In this document: positions 29,000-38,209 of the stretch, piece by piece
Numbering within the stretch: the stretch's first letter is position 1
How the letters are laid out: the number at the start of each line of letters is the position of its first letter
NCBI GenBank assembly: GCA_934167695.1
Contig: CAKPLP010000001.1
Location: 31,806-95,805 of the forward strand
Length of the DNA stretch: 64,000 nt
Reading direction: 5' to 3'
Origin: an uncultured Bacilli bacterium
GTDB taxonomy: Bacteria; Bacillota_I; Bacilli_A; RF39; UBA660
Program-made: the position numbers and the translations under genes
Notes under the pieces: model-generated
Seen by the model: only the letters and a program-made list of their open reading frames with translations
Database searches by the model: none
Told to the model about the DNA's origin: nothing

Positions 29000-29100
29000 T
29001 ACATCTCATCCCTTATTTTTCTAATCAATAGAGCAATAATTTTTTCATTAACATCATCATTATTATCACTAAATATAAAGTTAATTTTATAATTATTCAT
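28996..29100 (-). CDS. small ORF (34 aa) whose stop overlaps the recombinase start
   Basis: MNNYKINFIFSDNNDDVNEKIIALLIRKIRDEMY with a GAGGGA RBS. Its function is unknown; it could be an RDF-like protein or a gene fragment. Confidence 0.25.
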   Translation of the reverse strand: MNNYKINFIFSDNNDDVNEKIIALLIRKIRDEMY

Positions 29101-29176
29101 AAAAATCCCTCACTAAATATTGTATACTTAATAAATATGAAAAAAACTTAGAAAATATCAATTCTAAGTTTAAAAA

Positions 29177-31792
29177 TTATAACCATTCACCATATTTATT
29201 AATATATAACTTCTTAATAAGAGAAACTATTACAAAATATATTAAAATTAAAAATGCTAAATAAAAATAAAAATTTAAAGGTAATATAACAAAATGAAAA
29301 GTATCAATTTTATATAGTATTAATGGTGTAATAATAGTTAGAACAAATGAAAATAATGTTAATATGTTAAGCTTAAAACTAGCATTAGATTCTATAAATG
29401 GCTTTTTAGAAGTTCTTACATTGTAAATAATCATTAACTCAGTTGCAAGACAAGTAACAAACCAAGCAGTTTGAAAATATGCCTGTTTATCAACACTATT
29501 ATATTTGAAAACAAACCAAAATATTATAAATGATATAACGTCTATCAAGGAACTAGTAATTCCCATAACCTTCATAAATCGCGATATTCCCTTAGTATCC
29601 CATTTCTTTGGTCTTTCTAAAAATTCATGATCAACATTATCATAAGGAATCCCAATTTGAGAAAAATCATATATAAAATCCTGAAGTAACATTTGAATAG
29701 GTAAAAGTGGTAAAAATGGTAAGAAAATACTAGCAATCATAATACTAAAAACATCACCAAAATCAGCACTCAAAGCCATTTTCATATATTTAATAATATT
29801 ACCATAAACTTTTCTTCCTTCAATTACACCATCATACACAACCTTTAAACTTTGTTTTAAAATAATAATATCACTAGATTCTTTAGCAATAGATGAGGCC
29901 GTATTAACAGATATTCCAACATCTGCTTTACTTAAAGATGGTGCATCATTTACTCCATCACCCATATAACCAACAACATGACCATTTTTTTGGTATAAAC
30001 AAACTACTCTCTCTTTTTGCAACGGATTCATACGTGCAAAAACATCAATACTTTCTAATTTAGATGATAACTCATCATCACTCATTTTATCAATATCACT
30101 TCCAAGTAATATATCATCACCATTTAACCCAACCATATTACAAATATTTCTAGTTGCATAAGGATTATCTCCTGTTAAAATTTTAGTTCTAATACCAACC
30201 TTATATAAATTAGATAAAGTTTTCTTTACATCTTTCTTAGCAGGATCCAAAAATCCTACAAAACCTACAAATACCATAGATTTTTCACAAGAAGCATCAA
30301 ATAAATCCTTTCCCGGATAATTATTTTTCTCAGAAAGAGCAATTACTTGCATTCCATCATTGGCAAGTTCCATCGCTTTATCTTTAATTATTGTAATCAT
30401 ATCAGAATTTATAGAAGTAATTTTTCCATTTATTTTAACCCTATCACAATCATTAATAATTTCTTCCAAGGCACCTTTAGTTATCATACGATAAGAATTC
30501 TTATTTTTAACAACAATACTTTGTTTCTTACGAGTATAATCAAAAGGAATTTCATCAACCTTCTCATATTTTTCTAATTTTTCAGTAATTGAATGTTCAT
30601 TACCATAAACAATTATAGCTCTATCCACTAAATTTTTAATTCCTGTACTATAATAACTATTTAAAAATGCATACTCTAAAATATCGTCATTTTCCTTTCC
30701 CTCAGCATCAATATATTTTTGTAAAGTTATTTTGTTCTCCGTCAGTGTACCCGTTTTATCTGTACATAAAACATCTATTGCCCCTAAATTTTGAATAGAT
30801 TCTATTTTTTTGACAAGCGTTTTTTTCTTAGCCAAACTTTTACTACCTTTAGTCAAGTTAACATTCAAAATCATAGGTAACATACTTGGAGTTATACCAA
30901 CAGCAACAGAAAGAGCAAATAATAGTGCCTCATTTATATTTCTTTTTATAAAACCATCTATTATAATTACAACTAGACAAACACAAACCATATACCTAAT
31001 TAACAACTTCGAAATACTATTAATTCCTTTATCAAAATTAGTTATCTCTTTTTTATTATAAACTTCATTACCAACTTTACCTAAATAAGTATCAAAACCA
31101 GTAGAAATTACAACACCTTCACCTCTACCGCTAACTACAGAAGATCCCATAAGACAAATATTACTTATATCAAATATTTCATCAGCATCTAAACTTTTAA
31201 CATCCTTTTCTACATAAATACTCTCACCTGTAAAAACAGATTGATTAATAAATAAATCTTTACAATCAATAATTTTTATATCAGCCGGAATAATAGTACC
31301 AGCATTAAGCTTAACTATATCACCTACAACAACATTTTCAACTTTTACCTCTTTTTCAATACCATTTCGTTCCACATTAACAGTAGAATAAATACTACTT
31401 TTCAATTTTTTATTAAATTTATAAACAGAATAATCCTGAATAAATCTAATAAATGCGCTAATAAAAGCAATAATTACAATTATTAAAGAACCTAAATTAT
31501 CTCCTAAAAATAAATTTATAATCGCTAAAAATAATAAAATAATAATAAATTCATCCTTAAAAGACATAACAAAAAAATATAATGGACTCTTATCATCATC
31601 CTTTACTACAACATTCTTTCCATATTTATTAAGTCTTTGTTTAGCATCAATATCACTTATACCAGAATATGAAGAATTATATTTATTTAAAATTACATCA
31701 ACATCATCTTTAGAAATATCTAAATATTCTTTAAACATTTCATGATCATCTTTTTTTTGATCATTTTTAACTTTTTTATTAAATATATTCAT
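29177..31792 (-). CDS. mgtA: magnesium-translocating P-type ATPase
   Basis: 871 aa with DKTGTLT (phosphorylation site), TGDN and GDGVNDAPSL, and 10 predicted TM segments. Confidence 0.85.
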   Translation of the reverse strand: MNIFNKKVKNDQKKDDHEMFKEYLDISKDDVDVILNKYNSSYSGISDIDAKQRLNKYGKNVVVKDDDKSPLYFFVMSFKDEFIIILLFLAIINLFLGDNLGSLIIVIIAFISAFIRFIQDYSVYKFNKKLKSSIYSTVNVERNGIEKEVKVENVVVGDIVKLNAGTIIPADIKIIDCKDLFINQSVFTGESIYVEKDVKSLDADEIFDISNICLMGSSVVSGRGEGVVISTGFDTYLGKVGNEVYNKKEITNFDKGINSISKLLIRYMVCVCLVVIIIDGFIKRNINEALLFALSVAVGITPSMLPMILNVNLTKGSKSLAKKKTLVKKIESIQNLGAIDVLCTDKTGTLTENKITLQKYIDAEGKENDDILEYAFLNSYYSTGIKNLVDRAIIVYGNEHSITEKLEKYEKVDEIPFDYTRKKQSIVVKNKNSYRMITKGALEEIINDCDRVKINGKITSINSDMITIIKDKAMELANDGMQVIALSEKNNYPGKDLFDASCEKSMVFVGFVGFLDPAKKDVKKTLSNLYKVGIRTKILTGDNPYATRNICNMVGLNGDDILLGSDIDKMSDDELSSKLESIDVFARMNPLQKERVVCLYQKNGHVVGYMGDGVNDAPSLSKADVGISVNTASSIAKESSDIIILKQSLKVVYDGVIEGRKVYGNIIKYMKMALSADFGDVFSIMIASIFLPFLPLLPIQMLLQDFIYDFSQIGIPYDNVDHEFLERPKKWDTKGISRFMKVMGITSSLIDVISFIIFWFVFKYNSVDKQAYFQTAWFVTCLATELMIIYNVRTSKKPFIESNASFKLNILTLFSFVLTIITPLILYKIDTFHFVILPLNFYFYLAFLILIYFVIVSLIKKLYINKYGEWL

Positions 31793-31976
31793 ATCAATAC
31801 CTTCTTTATAATTAAAAGTATATCACAAAAAAGTAACTTAAACTCATTGCATTAAAAAAAATGTAAAAAATAGTCTTATATTTTTACAAACAACTACTTT
31901 TAATATCGAAGGAAAAGCCGCACTAATAGTATCACCCCTATTAAGTGTTTTTTTATCTTCAAATTTATATCTAACA

Positions 31977-32150
31977 TTAATAAGTACCATTTATAGTAAC
32001 ATTAACTTTAGAACTAGAAATTTTAATTCCACTATCTAATGTAATATCACTACCAAAATAAACATAATCATAACCATTGTCATTTTCTAAAACAGATTTT
32101 AACTCAGCACTAGAAAAGACAACCACCGTATTATTATCAATAATAGTCAT
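31977..32150 (-). CDS. small ORF (57 aa) in the mgtA upstream region; not in the ORF track
   Basis: MTIIDNNTVVVFSSAELKSVLENDNGYDYVYFGSDITLDSGIKISSSKVNVTINGTY with an AGGGTGA RBS. It could be a leader peptide or the remnant of a larger gene. Confidence 0.25.
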   Translation of the reverse strand: MTIIDNNTVVVFSSAELKSVLENDNGYDYVYFGSDITLDSGIKISSSKVNVTINGTY

Positions 32151-32240
32151 AGAATCACCCTAATATATGATATGATACTCAATCATTTATAACAATTTCA
32201 TCCAACTATTTTTATATAATTAATAATCTATCATAAAATA

Positions 32241-32459
32241 TCATACATGTGGTACCTCATGCATAATAGTTCTATGAACACAACGCTCTTGTGGGCATTC
32301 ACTAATTGGTGCAGTATAACCACCCATCATAGTACTGTTATCAATATTTTCTTGTTGCATCATATTAATATCAATGTCATTATAATTTACTCCATTATCT
32401 CCTGTATAACTATTATCAAATTCAAAATTATTCATGTTCGTATTTTGTCTATCAAACAT
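32241..32459 (-). CDS. small Cys/His-containing protein, possibly spore-coat-like
   Basis: 72 aa counted from the ATG, which has a GGAGGA RBS. The C-terminus reads APISECPQERCVHRTIMHEVPHV. Any relation to CotD-type coat proteins is a guess. Confidence 0.35.
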   Translation of the reverse strand: MFDRQNTNMNNFEFDNSYTGDNGVNYNDIDINMMQQENIDNSTMMGGYTAPISECPQERCVHRTIMHEVPHV

Positions 32460-32540
32460 CTCTTTATCCTCCAATCTAGTTTATTGTATGTATAATTCTA
32501 TATAGTGCCTATTATTAAAGCCCAAAAAAATAAAAACACC

Positions 32541-33848
32541 TTAAAAAGGCATTTTCATTCTTCCATTTGTAAATTGTTTCATCATTTTTTTCATTTGATC
32601 AAACTGTTTTAATAATTGGTTTACCTCCTGAACACTAGTTCCACTTCCCTTTGCTATTCTACTTTTACGACTAGCTTTAATAATATCTGGATTACGTCTT
32701 TCCTGAGGAGTCATAGATAAAACAATAGCCTCAACATGATCCATTTGTTTAGGATCAATTTTAACTTGATTAAGCCCCATCTTACTAGCACCGGGAATTA
32801 GTTTTATCAAAGATTCTAAAGGTCCCATTCTTTTTAACTGTTTTAATGTATTCAAGAAATCTTCCAAATCAAATTTTCCATTCTGCATTCTTTTGGCAGC
32901 TTTCTCAGCTTCCTTTTCATCAATAGCATCTTGAGCTTTTTCAACAAGTGAAACAACATCACCCATTCCTAAAATTCGACCTGCCATTCTTTCGGGATCA
33001 AAAGAGTTTAAACCATCAAGTTTCTCACTTGTACCAATAAACTTAATAGGAACATTAGTAAGATGCCTAACAGAAAGAGCAACACCACCCCTAGTATCAC
33101 CATCAAGTTTTGTTAGAATAACACCTGTTAATGGTAATTTATCATGAAAACCAGTAATAACATTAATAGCATCTTGTCCCATCATAGAATCTATTACTAA
33201 AATAATTTCTTCTGGATTTATTTTAGTATTAATATTAATAAGTTCATCCATTAAATCATCATCTATATGAAGACGACCAGCGGTATCGATTAAAACATAA
33301 TCAAAACCATTTTCTTTTGCATATTTAATAGCATTAGAAGATATTTCAACAGGATTATTCTTTTCTTCATCATATACTTCTATATTTAATTGCTTACCTA
33401 TTTGCTTTAACTGATCAATAGCCGCAGGTCTATAAACATCACAAGCAACAAGTAATGGTTTTTTCGCATGTTTTTTTCTTAAATAATTAGCAAGTTTTCC
33501 AATAGTTGTAGTTTTACCACTACCTTGAAGTCCAACTAACATTAAAATAGCTGGATTACCATTCATATTTAATGGTGCACTTTCACCACCTAATAACTCA
33601 GTAAGTTCATCATTAACAATCTTTACAAATAAATCACCCGGATTAATACTAGTTTGAACTTCTTGACCTAAAGCTTTCTCCTTTACAGTATTAGTAAATT
33701 GTTTAACAACTTTATAATTAACATCAGCTTCTAGTAACGAAAGACGAATCTCTTTCATTACATCATTAATATTATCTTCAGTAATTTTTCCATAACCCTT
33801 CATTTTATGAAGTGCACTTTGTAATTTATCACTTAAACTTTCAAACAT
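32541..33848 (-). CDS. ffh: signal recognition particle protein Ffh
   Basis: An NG domain (GLQGSGKTTT, DTAGR) and a C-terminal M domain (Met-rich). Confidence 0.9.
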   Translation of the reverse strand: MFESLSDKLQSALHKMKGYGKITEDNINDVMKEIRLSLLEADVNYKVVKQFTNTVKEKALGQEVQTSINPGDLFVKIVNDELTELLGGESAPLNMNGNPAILMLVGLQGSGKTTTIGKLANYLRKKHAKKPLLVACDVYRPAAIDQLKQIGKQLNIEVYDEEKNNPVEISSNAIKYAKENGFDYVLIDTAGRLHIDDDLMDELININTKINPEEIILVIDSMMGQDAINVITGFHDKLPLTGVILTKLDGDTRGGVALSVRHLTNVPIKFIGTSEKLDGLNSFDPERMAGRILGMGDVVSLVEKAQDAIDEKEAEKAAKRMQNGKFDLEDFLNTLKQLKRMGPLESLIKLIPGASKMGLNQVKIDPKQMDHVEAIVLSMTPQERRNPDIIKASRKSRIAKGSGTSVQEVNQLLKQFDQMKKMMKQFTNGRMKMPF

Positions 33849-33892
33849 TTTTCTTCACCAATTTATATTATAACAAAAAAGAGCTATTATAA

Positions 33893-36475
33893 CTAGCCCT
33901 TAATCTCATCCTCTGTTACAGCTTTACCACCAAATCCTTCTAAAAGAGCATTACTAACATTTTGTCCACCCGGTATAATTACTGCTGGCTTTTCTACCTC
34001 TTGTTTTACATCTGGAATAATAGCAGATTGATTAGAAGCAAATTGTTGATTCAAAGAAACATTAGTACTGTTTTCAGGAGGAGCCATATTAGGTACAAAT
34101 ACATCTACATCAGGGATAATTGATTGAGTTTGATTATTATCAGTACCATTTACAATTTGATTTAATTCATTATTTTCTAAATCGGCACTACCTCCTAAAT
34201 CAGGAATACTAGAAGTAGTATCAACAACATTATCAACTTGTTTATTATTTACATCAACCTCTGCAACAGGACTAACAGCCTCCATTAAATTAGGTTTCTC
34301 ATCTTTAAACAAAGGTATAGCAACATCATTAGTAGGATTATTATTAACTATATTATTTGATAATGAATTATTAAATGGAGAAACATTAGTAGATTGTTCA
34401 ACAAATTTTGGAATTTGAATCTGATCATCACTACTAGATTCATTATCTTCTTCATTTATTTCATCTTCTTCTGTATCTTCATCATCTTCGTCAACTTCTT
34501 CTTCGACTTCATCATCCTCAGCATCAACAAAAGTGACATTATTCTTCAAAGTACTTTCTACATTATTAACACTATCGGTATTATCAACATTTTTATTTTC
34601 ACTACCTAGATCAACAGGAGAAGATACAGACTCTTCTTTAGAAGCTTCTTCTTTTTCAGACTCTAATTCACTAACATCTTCATCATCACTTTCTTCATCC
34701 TCATCATCCTGATAATTACCTTGATTACCATCCCAAATACGTACAACATCACAGTTACCACTTCTAGGTTCAGGATTAGGCATTTCCATCTTAACTATTA
34801 AAGGTATCTTAAAAGCTTGACCAAATGCTAAACAAGTTCCTGCCTGTAATGATTTTTGTTTTTCTACAATTTCTTCACTAATATTAGGAACCATTTTTCT
34901 AATATATTCAACATCAGCAGGGTGATTCATTTTAAAGATCAAGAAGTTAGAGCATTGAGAAATAACTGTATCACTCATTTCAACAGGTCTTTGGGTTATC
35001 AAACCAAGAATAACACCATATTTACGACCCTCTTTTGCAATTCTATCAAAAATATTATATCCAATTAAGAAAGTATCAGTATCATTTTGAATATATCTAT
35101 GAGCTTCTTCAACTATTAAATGAAAAGGTATGCTCGCTCTATCACCTAGACTCTTCGCAAAAGTAAAAATAAGTCTAGAATAAACTTTAACAATAACCTT
35201 TGCAAATGTATCATCCACATCATCTAAATTAATATTAACTAATTGAAATTTTCTACCATTAACAATTAATAAAGAAGATATAAACTGCTCTAAACTAACA
35301 TATTCTTTATAATCAAAAAACTTAGCATTATTACCAGTAATTAAAGAATGAAGTCTTACCTTAATAGTAACAGAATCACCATAAGTATTTTCATTTCTTA
35401 ACCATCCTTCACTTATTAAAGTAAAATTCAAAGCTTTCTCCAAAGTATCTAAAGTATAAAAAACATTGCCACTTGGTTCATAAGAATCATATTCATCCTT
35501 TATAAAAGATGATACATATTCAGTCATTAAAACACTTTCAGTAAAATTACCAAACTGATCTATCAAAAAGCAATCTCTAAACTTTCTTGTATAACCAATA
35601 CCTTTAAGTTCAGTCTCTAAGTTAAACTCTGGAGTTGAACAACTTGCTATTATAGAAAAAATCTCATTTCTCTTATTAGGAGATGTTTCATTAGTATATA
35701 AAATAGTCATAATAGCCTTTGCAATCAAATGATTTTTATAACTATTAGAATCAACCCCTTTTTCAGAAAAAATTCTAGCAAGCTTTAACATTCTTTCTAT
35801 AATAGGTAATTGTGAATGACTAGTAACATTTAAAAGAAGAGCTAAATCATCAACATTAAGTAAATAAATAGGAATTCTTAAAGCTTCACCTAATCCTTCA
35901 GACTCATTAGTAGTAATAAATCTATAATTATAATTAGGATTAATAGTAGACAAATTTCTAAAAGCATTATAATACTCACCAGATGAATCAAACATTAAAA
36001 TATTTGATTTATATGGAAATAATCTTTGATCTTGAAACATATTCTGAAAAATTCTACTAACACCACAACTCTTTCCAGAACCACTATTACCAAAAATAGC
36101 AAAATGGTTACTAAAGAATCCATTAACATTCATAAAAACTTCTTTATCATTATAAAAAGGGCTCTTACCAAACAACATATAACCACGTCTATTTTTACCT
36201 GTAATAAGAGGTATTTCCTTTGGAGAAATAACCCTAACACTAGCATCTAAAGTTGGTTTACGAATTACTCCACCAAGTAACCCCTTATCTGTAATTTCCC
36301 CCAATAGACGAACCTTTACTATATCCTTTGAAATATCATCAACTTCACCTAATATTTTTTTATCTTTATCCTCAAAAATGATATGTAAATTCATCAAATT
36401 AAAAGTTATATCAGCATTTTCTTTTAACTTAACATCACAAACTCTATCCCCTATATAAACAATTTTATCAAACAT
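33893..36475 (-). CDS. HerA/FtsK-superfamily (DUF87-like) P-loop ATPase with a long acidic disordered C-terminal tail
   Basis: An N-terminal HAS-barrel-like segment is followed by Walker A GNSGSGKS, Walker B HLIVEEAHRY and the ITQRP motif. About 280 C-terminal residues are D/E/N/S-rich and low-complexity. Confidence 0.65.
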   Translation of the reverse strand: MFDKIVYIGDRVCDVKLKENADITFNLMNLHIIFEDKDKKILGEVDDISKDIVKVRLLGEITDKGLLGGVIRKPTLDASVRVISPKEIPLITGKNRRGYMLFGKSPFYNDKEVFMNVNGFFSNHFAIFGNSGSGKSCGVSRIFQNMFQDQRLFPYKSNILMFDSSGEYYNAFRNLSTINPNYNYRFITTNESEGLGEALRIPIYLLNVDDLALLLNVTSHSQLPIIERMLKLARIFSEKGVDSNSYKNHLIAKAIMTILYTNETSPNKRNEIFSIIASCSTPEFNLETELKGIGYTRKFRDCFLIDQFGNFTESVLMTEYVSSFIKDEYDSYEPSGNVFYTLDTLEKALNFTLISEGWLRNENTYGDSVTIKVRLHSLITGNNAKFFDYKEYVSLEQFISSLLIVNGRKFQLVNINLDDVDDTFAKVIVKVYSRLIFTFAKSLGDRASIPFHLIVEEAHRYIQNDTDTFLIGYNIFDRIAKEGRKYGVILGLITQRPVEMSDTVISQCSNFLIFKMNHPADVEYIRKMVPNISEEIVEKQKSLQAGTCLAFGQAFKIPLIVKMEMPNPEPRSGNCDVVRIWDGNQGNYQDDEDEESDDEDVSELESEKEEASKEESVSSPVDLGSENKNVDNTDSVNNVESTLKNNVTFVDAEDDEVEEEVDEDDEDTEEDEINEEDNESSSDDQIQIPKFVEQSTNVSPFNNSLSNNIVNNNPTNDVAIPLFKDEKPNLMEAVSPVAEVDVNNKQVDNVVDTTSSIPDLGGSADLENNELNQIVNGTDNNQTQSIIPDVDVFVPNMAPPENSTNVSLNQQFASNQSAIIPDVKQEVEKPAVIIPGGQNVSNALLEGFGGKAVTEDEIKG

Positions 36476-36536
36476 ATTGCCCCTTCTTCCTCTTCATATT
36501 TTCTACTTAAATTATACTATTATATTATTTCTAAGT

Positions 36537-36830
36537 CTAGTTACTATCTATAATATTTTTTATCTGTTTACAAATATCACTATCATCTAAAATAGATTCT
36601 ATTCTATTTTTTTTATCACAAAGCTTCAATTTACTTTCATAATCATCTAATAAATTTTTAGTAATACTAACTTGTCTATAAACAGCATTTCTACTAACAC
36701 CATAATTTTCAGCAATTTCACTAAAAGATAAATTATCAAAGTAATAATCTTCAAAATACTCTTTTTGCTTTACAGTTAATAAATTTTTATATAAATCATA
36801 TAATTCACTATAATAAATAACCTCTTCCAT
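36537..36830 (-). CDS. ylxM: YlxM/UPF0122 putative DNA-binding protein
   Basis: 97 aa containing FSEIAENYGVSRNAVYRQV (sigma-70 region-4-like). It is the conserved partner gene upstream of ffh. Confidence 0.75.
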   Translation of the reverse strand: MEEVIYYSELYDLYKNLLTVKQKEYFEDYYFDNLSFSEIAENYGVSRNAVYRQVSITKNLLDDYESKLKLCDKKNRIESILDDSDICKQIKNIIDSN

Positions 36831-36831
36831 A

Positions 36832-37086
36832 TTATGCTCCTAATAACTTAACAACATTATATATAATAAGAGCTACACCAATAAAAACATATAACAATGT
36901 CATATTTTCTCTCTTATAAAATAATTTGTTATTATAACCCATAATTAACAAATCAAGTCCTAAACAAATACCTAAATAACAAATATAACTATTATTAATA
37001 AAATACATAATAAGTAAAACAATAGCAATAATTGATACAATGGCCTGTAAATATAAAGTAATTAAATTCTTTTTCTTCTTCATCAT
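36832..37086 (-). CDS. small membrane protein (2 TM)
   Basis: 84 aa, hydrophobic, lying between ftsY and ylxM. Confidence 0.4.
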   Translation of the reverse strand: MMKKKKNLITLYLQAIVSIIAIVLLIMYFINNSYICYLGICLGLDLLIMGYNNKLFYKRENMTLLYVFIGVALIIYNVVKLLGA

Positions 37087-37092
37087 ATACTC

Positions 37093-38106
37093 CTATAAAT
37101 CTTTAAATAATCCATAAATATATTTTTCTATATCAAAAACCTGTAAGTCATTCTGCCCTTCACCAAGTCCTATATATTTAACAGGAATATTTACTTTCTC
37201 CTTTATAGCCAAAACTATTCCACCTTTAGCAGTACCATCTAATTTAGTAAGAACAATACCAGTTATTGGAGTAATCTCTTTAAAAGAAATAGCCTGACTA
37301 ATTCCATTTTGCCCAGTTGTAGCATCAATAACTAACAAAACTTCCTGTGGAGCAGATGGTATTAAAGATGAAATTACTCTATTGATTTTTTCTAGTTCCT
37401 TCATTAAATTAACCTTATTTTGAAGACGACCAGCAGTATCAATAAATACTACATCATACTCATCATTTAAAGCTTTTTCAACTCCATCATACACTACACT
37501 AGCAGGATCACTATTTTCCTTACCATAAAAATCAACATGATCTCTATCAGCCCATTCCTTTAACTGTTCAACTGCACCTGCTCTAAAGGTATCAGCACCA
37601 ACCAACAAAACCTTTTTACCTTCATCCTTCATTTTCTTTGCTAATTTACCAATAGTTGTAGTCTTACCAACTCCATTAACACCTACAAATAAAACTACCG
37701 TTGGACCATTATCATTATAGTTAATTTTATTAACAATAACATCATCATTAACATAAATAATAAATAATTCATCAACAATTATTTCCTTTAAAAGTTCAGG
37801 GCTTTCAATACTTTCATGTTTAACACGATCCTTAAGTCTATCAATAAAATCTTCAACAGTACTAACTCCAATATCAGCCATAATAAGAATTTCTTCTAAT
37901 TCATCAAAGTATTCTTCATCAATTTTTTTATATTTATTAGTTAAATTAGCTAAACGAGAAACAAAGCCTTCTCTAGATTTTGTAAGACCTTTTTCATAAA
38001 CTTCTATTTCTTCTTTTTGATCACTTTTCTCTGATAAATTCTCATCATCAACAACCTCATTATTCTCTTTATTAAAAATTGTCTTTATCTTACTAAAAAA
38101 TCCCAT
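37093..38106 (-). CDS. ftsY: signal recognition particle receptor FtsY
   Basis: An NG domain (GVNGVGKTTT, DTAGR). I set the start to MGFFSK. Confidence 0.85.
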   Translation of the reverse strand: MGFFSKIKTIFNKENNEVVDDENLSEKSDQKEEIEVYEKGLTKSREGFVSRLANLTNKYKKIDEEYFDELEEILIMADIGVSTVEDFIDRLKDRVKHESIESPELLKEIIVDELFIIYVNDDVIVNKINYNDNGPTVVLFVGVNGVGKTTTIGKLAKKMKDEGKKVLLVGADTFRAGAVEQLKEWADRDHVDFYGKENSDPASVVYDGVEKALNDEYDVVFIDTAGRLQNKVNLMKELEKINRVISSLIPSAPQEVLLVIDATTGQNGISQAISFKEITPITGIVLTKLDGTAKGGIVLAIKEKVNIPVKYIGLGEGQNDLQVFDIEKYIYGLFKDL

Positions 38107-38209
38107 TCTTATCACCAATAACATTTTAACATAAAGAAATAAAGAAATAAAGAATATGTAAAAGACAATATAAAAAAAGTTTACACTATAGTAAACTATA
38201 AATAATTAA

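Larger units (their letters stand above)
26301..29170 (-). mobile_element. putative small integrated element (serine recombinase plus 2-3 cargo ORFs) between rpoZ and mgtA; limits approximate
   Basis: A large serine recombinase lies with unrelated small ORFs between two housekeeping genes. I could not pinpoint att sites by eye because the sequence is so AT-rich. Confidence 0.3.

Noticed and set aside
28996-29100. An exact in-frame fusion of the 34-aa ORF with the start-less Cys/His frame across a shared AAAAA/AAGGGA microhomology (a skin-like split gene)
   Set aside because: Joining at either microhomology puts the downstream part in the wrong frame, which hits a stop within 8 codons. The split-gene idea is kept only as a low-confidence hypothesis.
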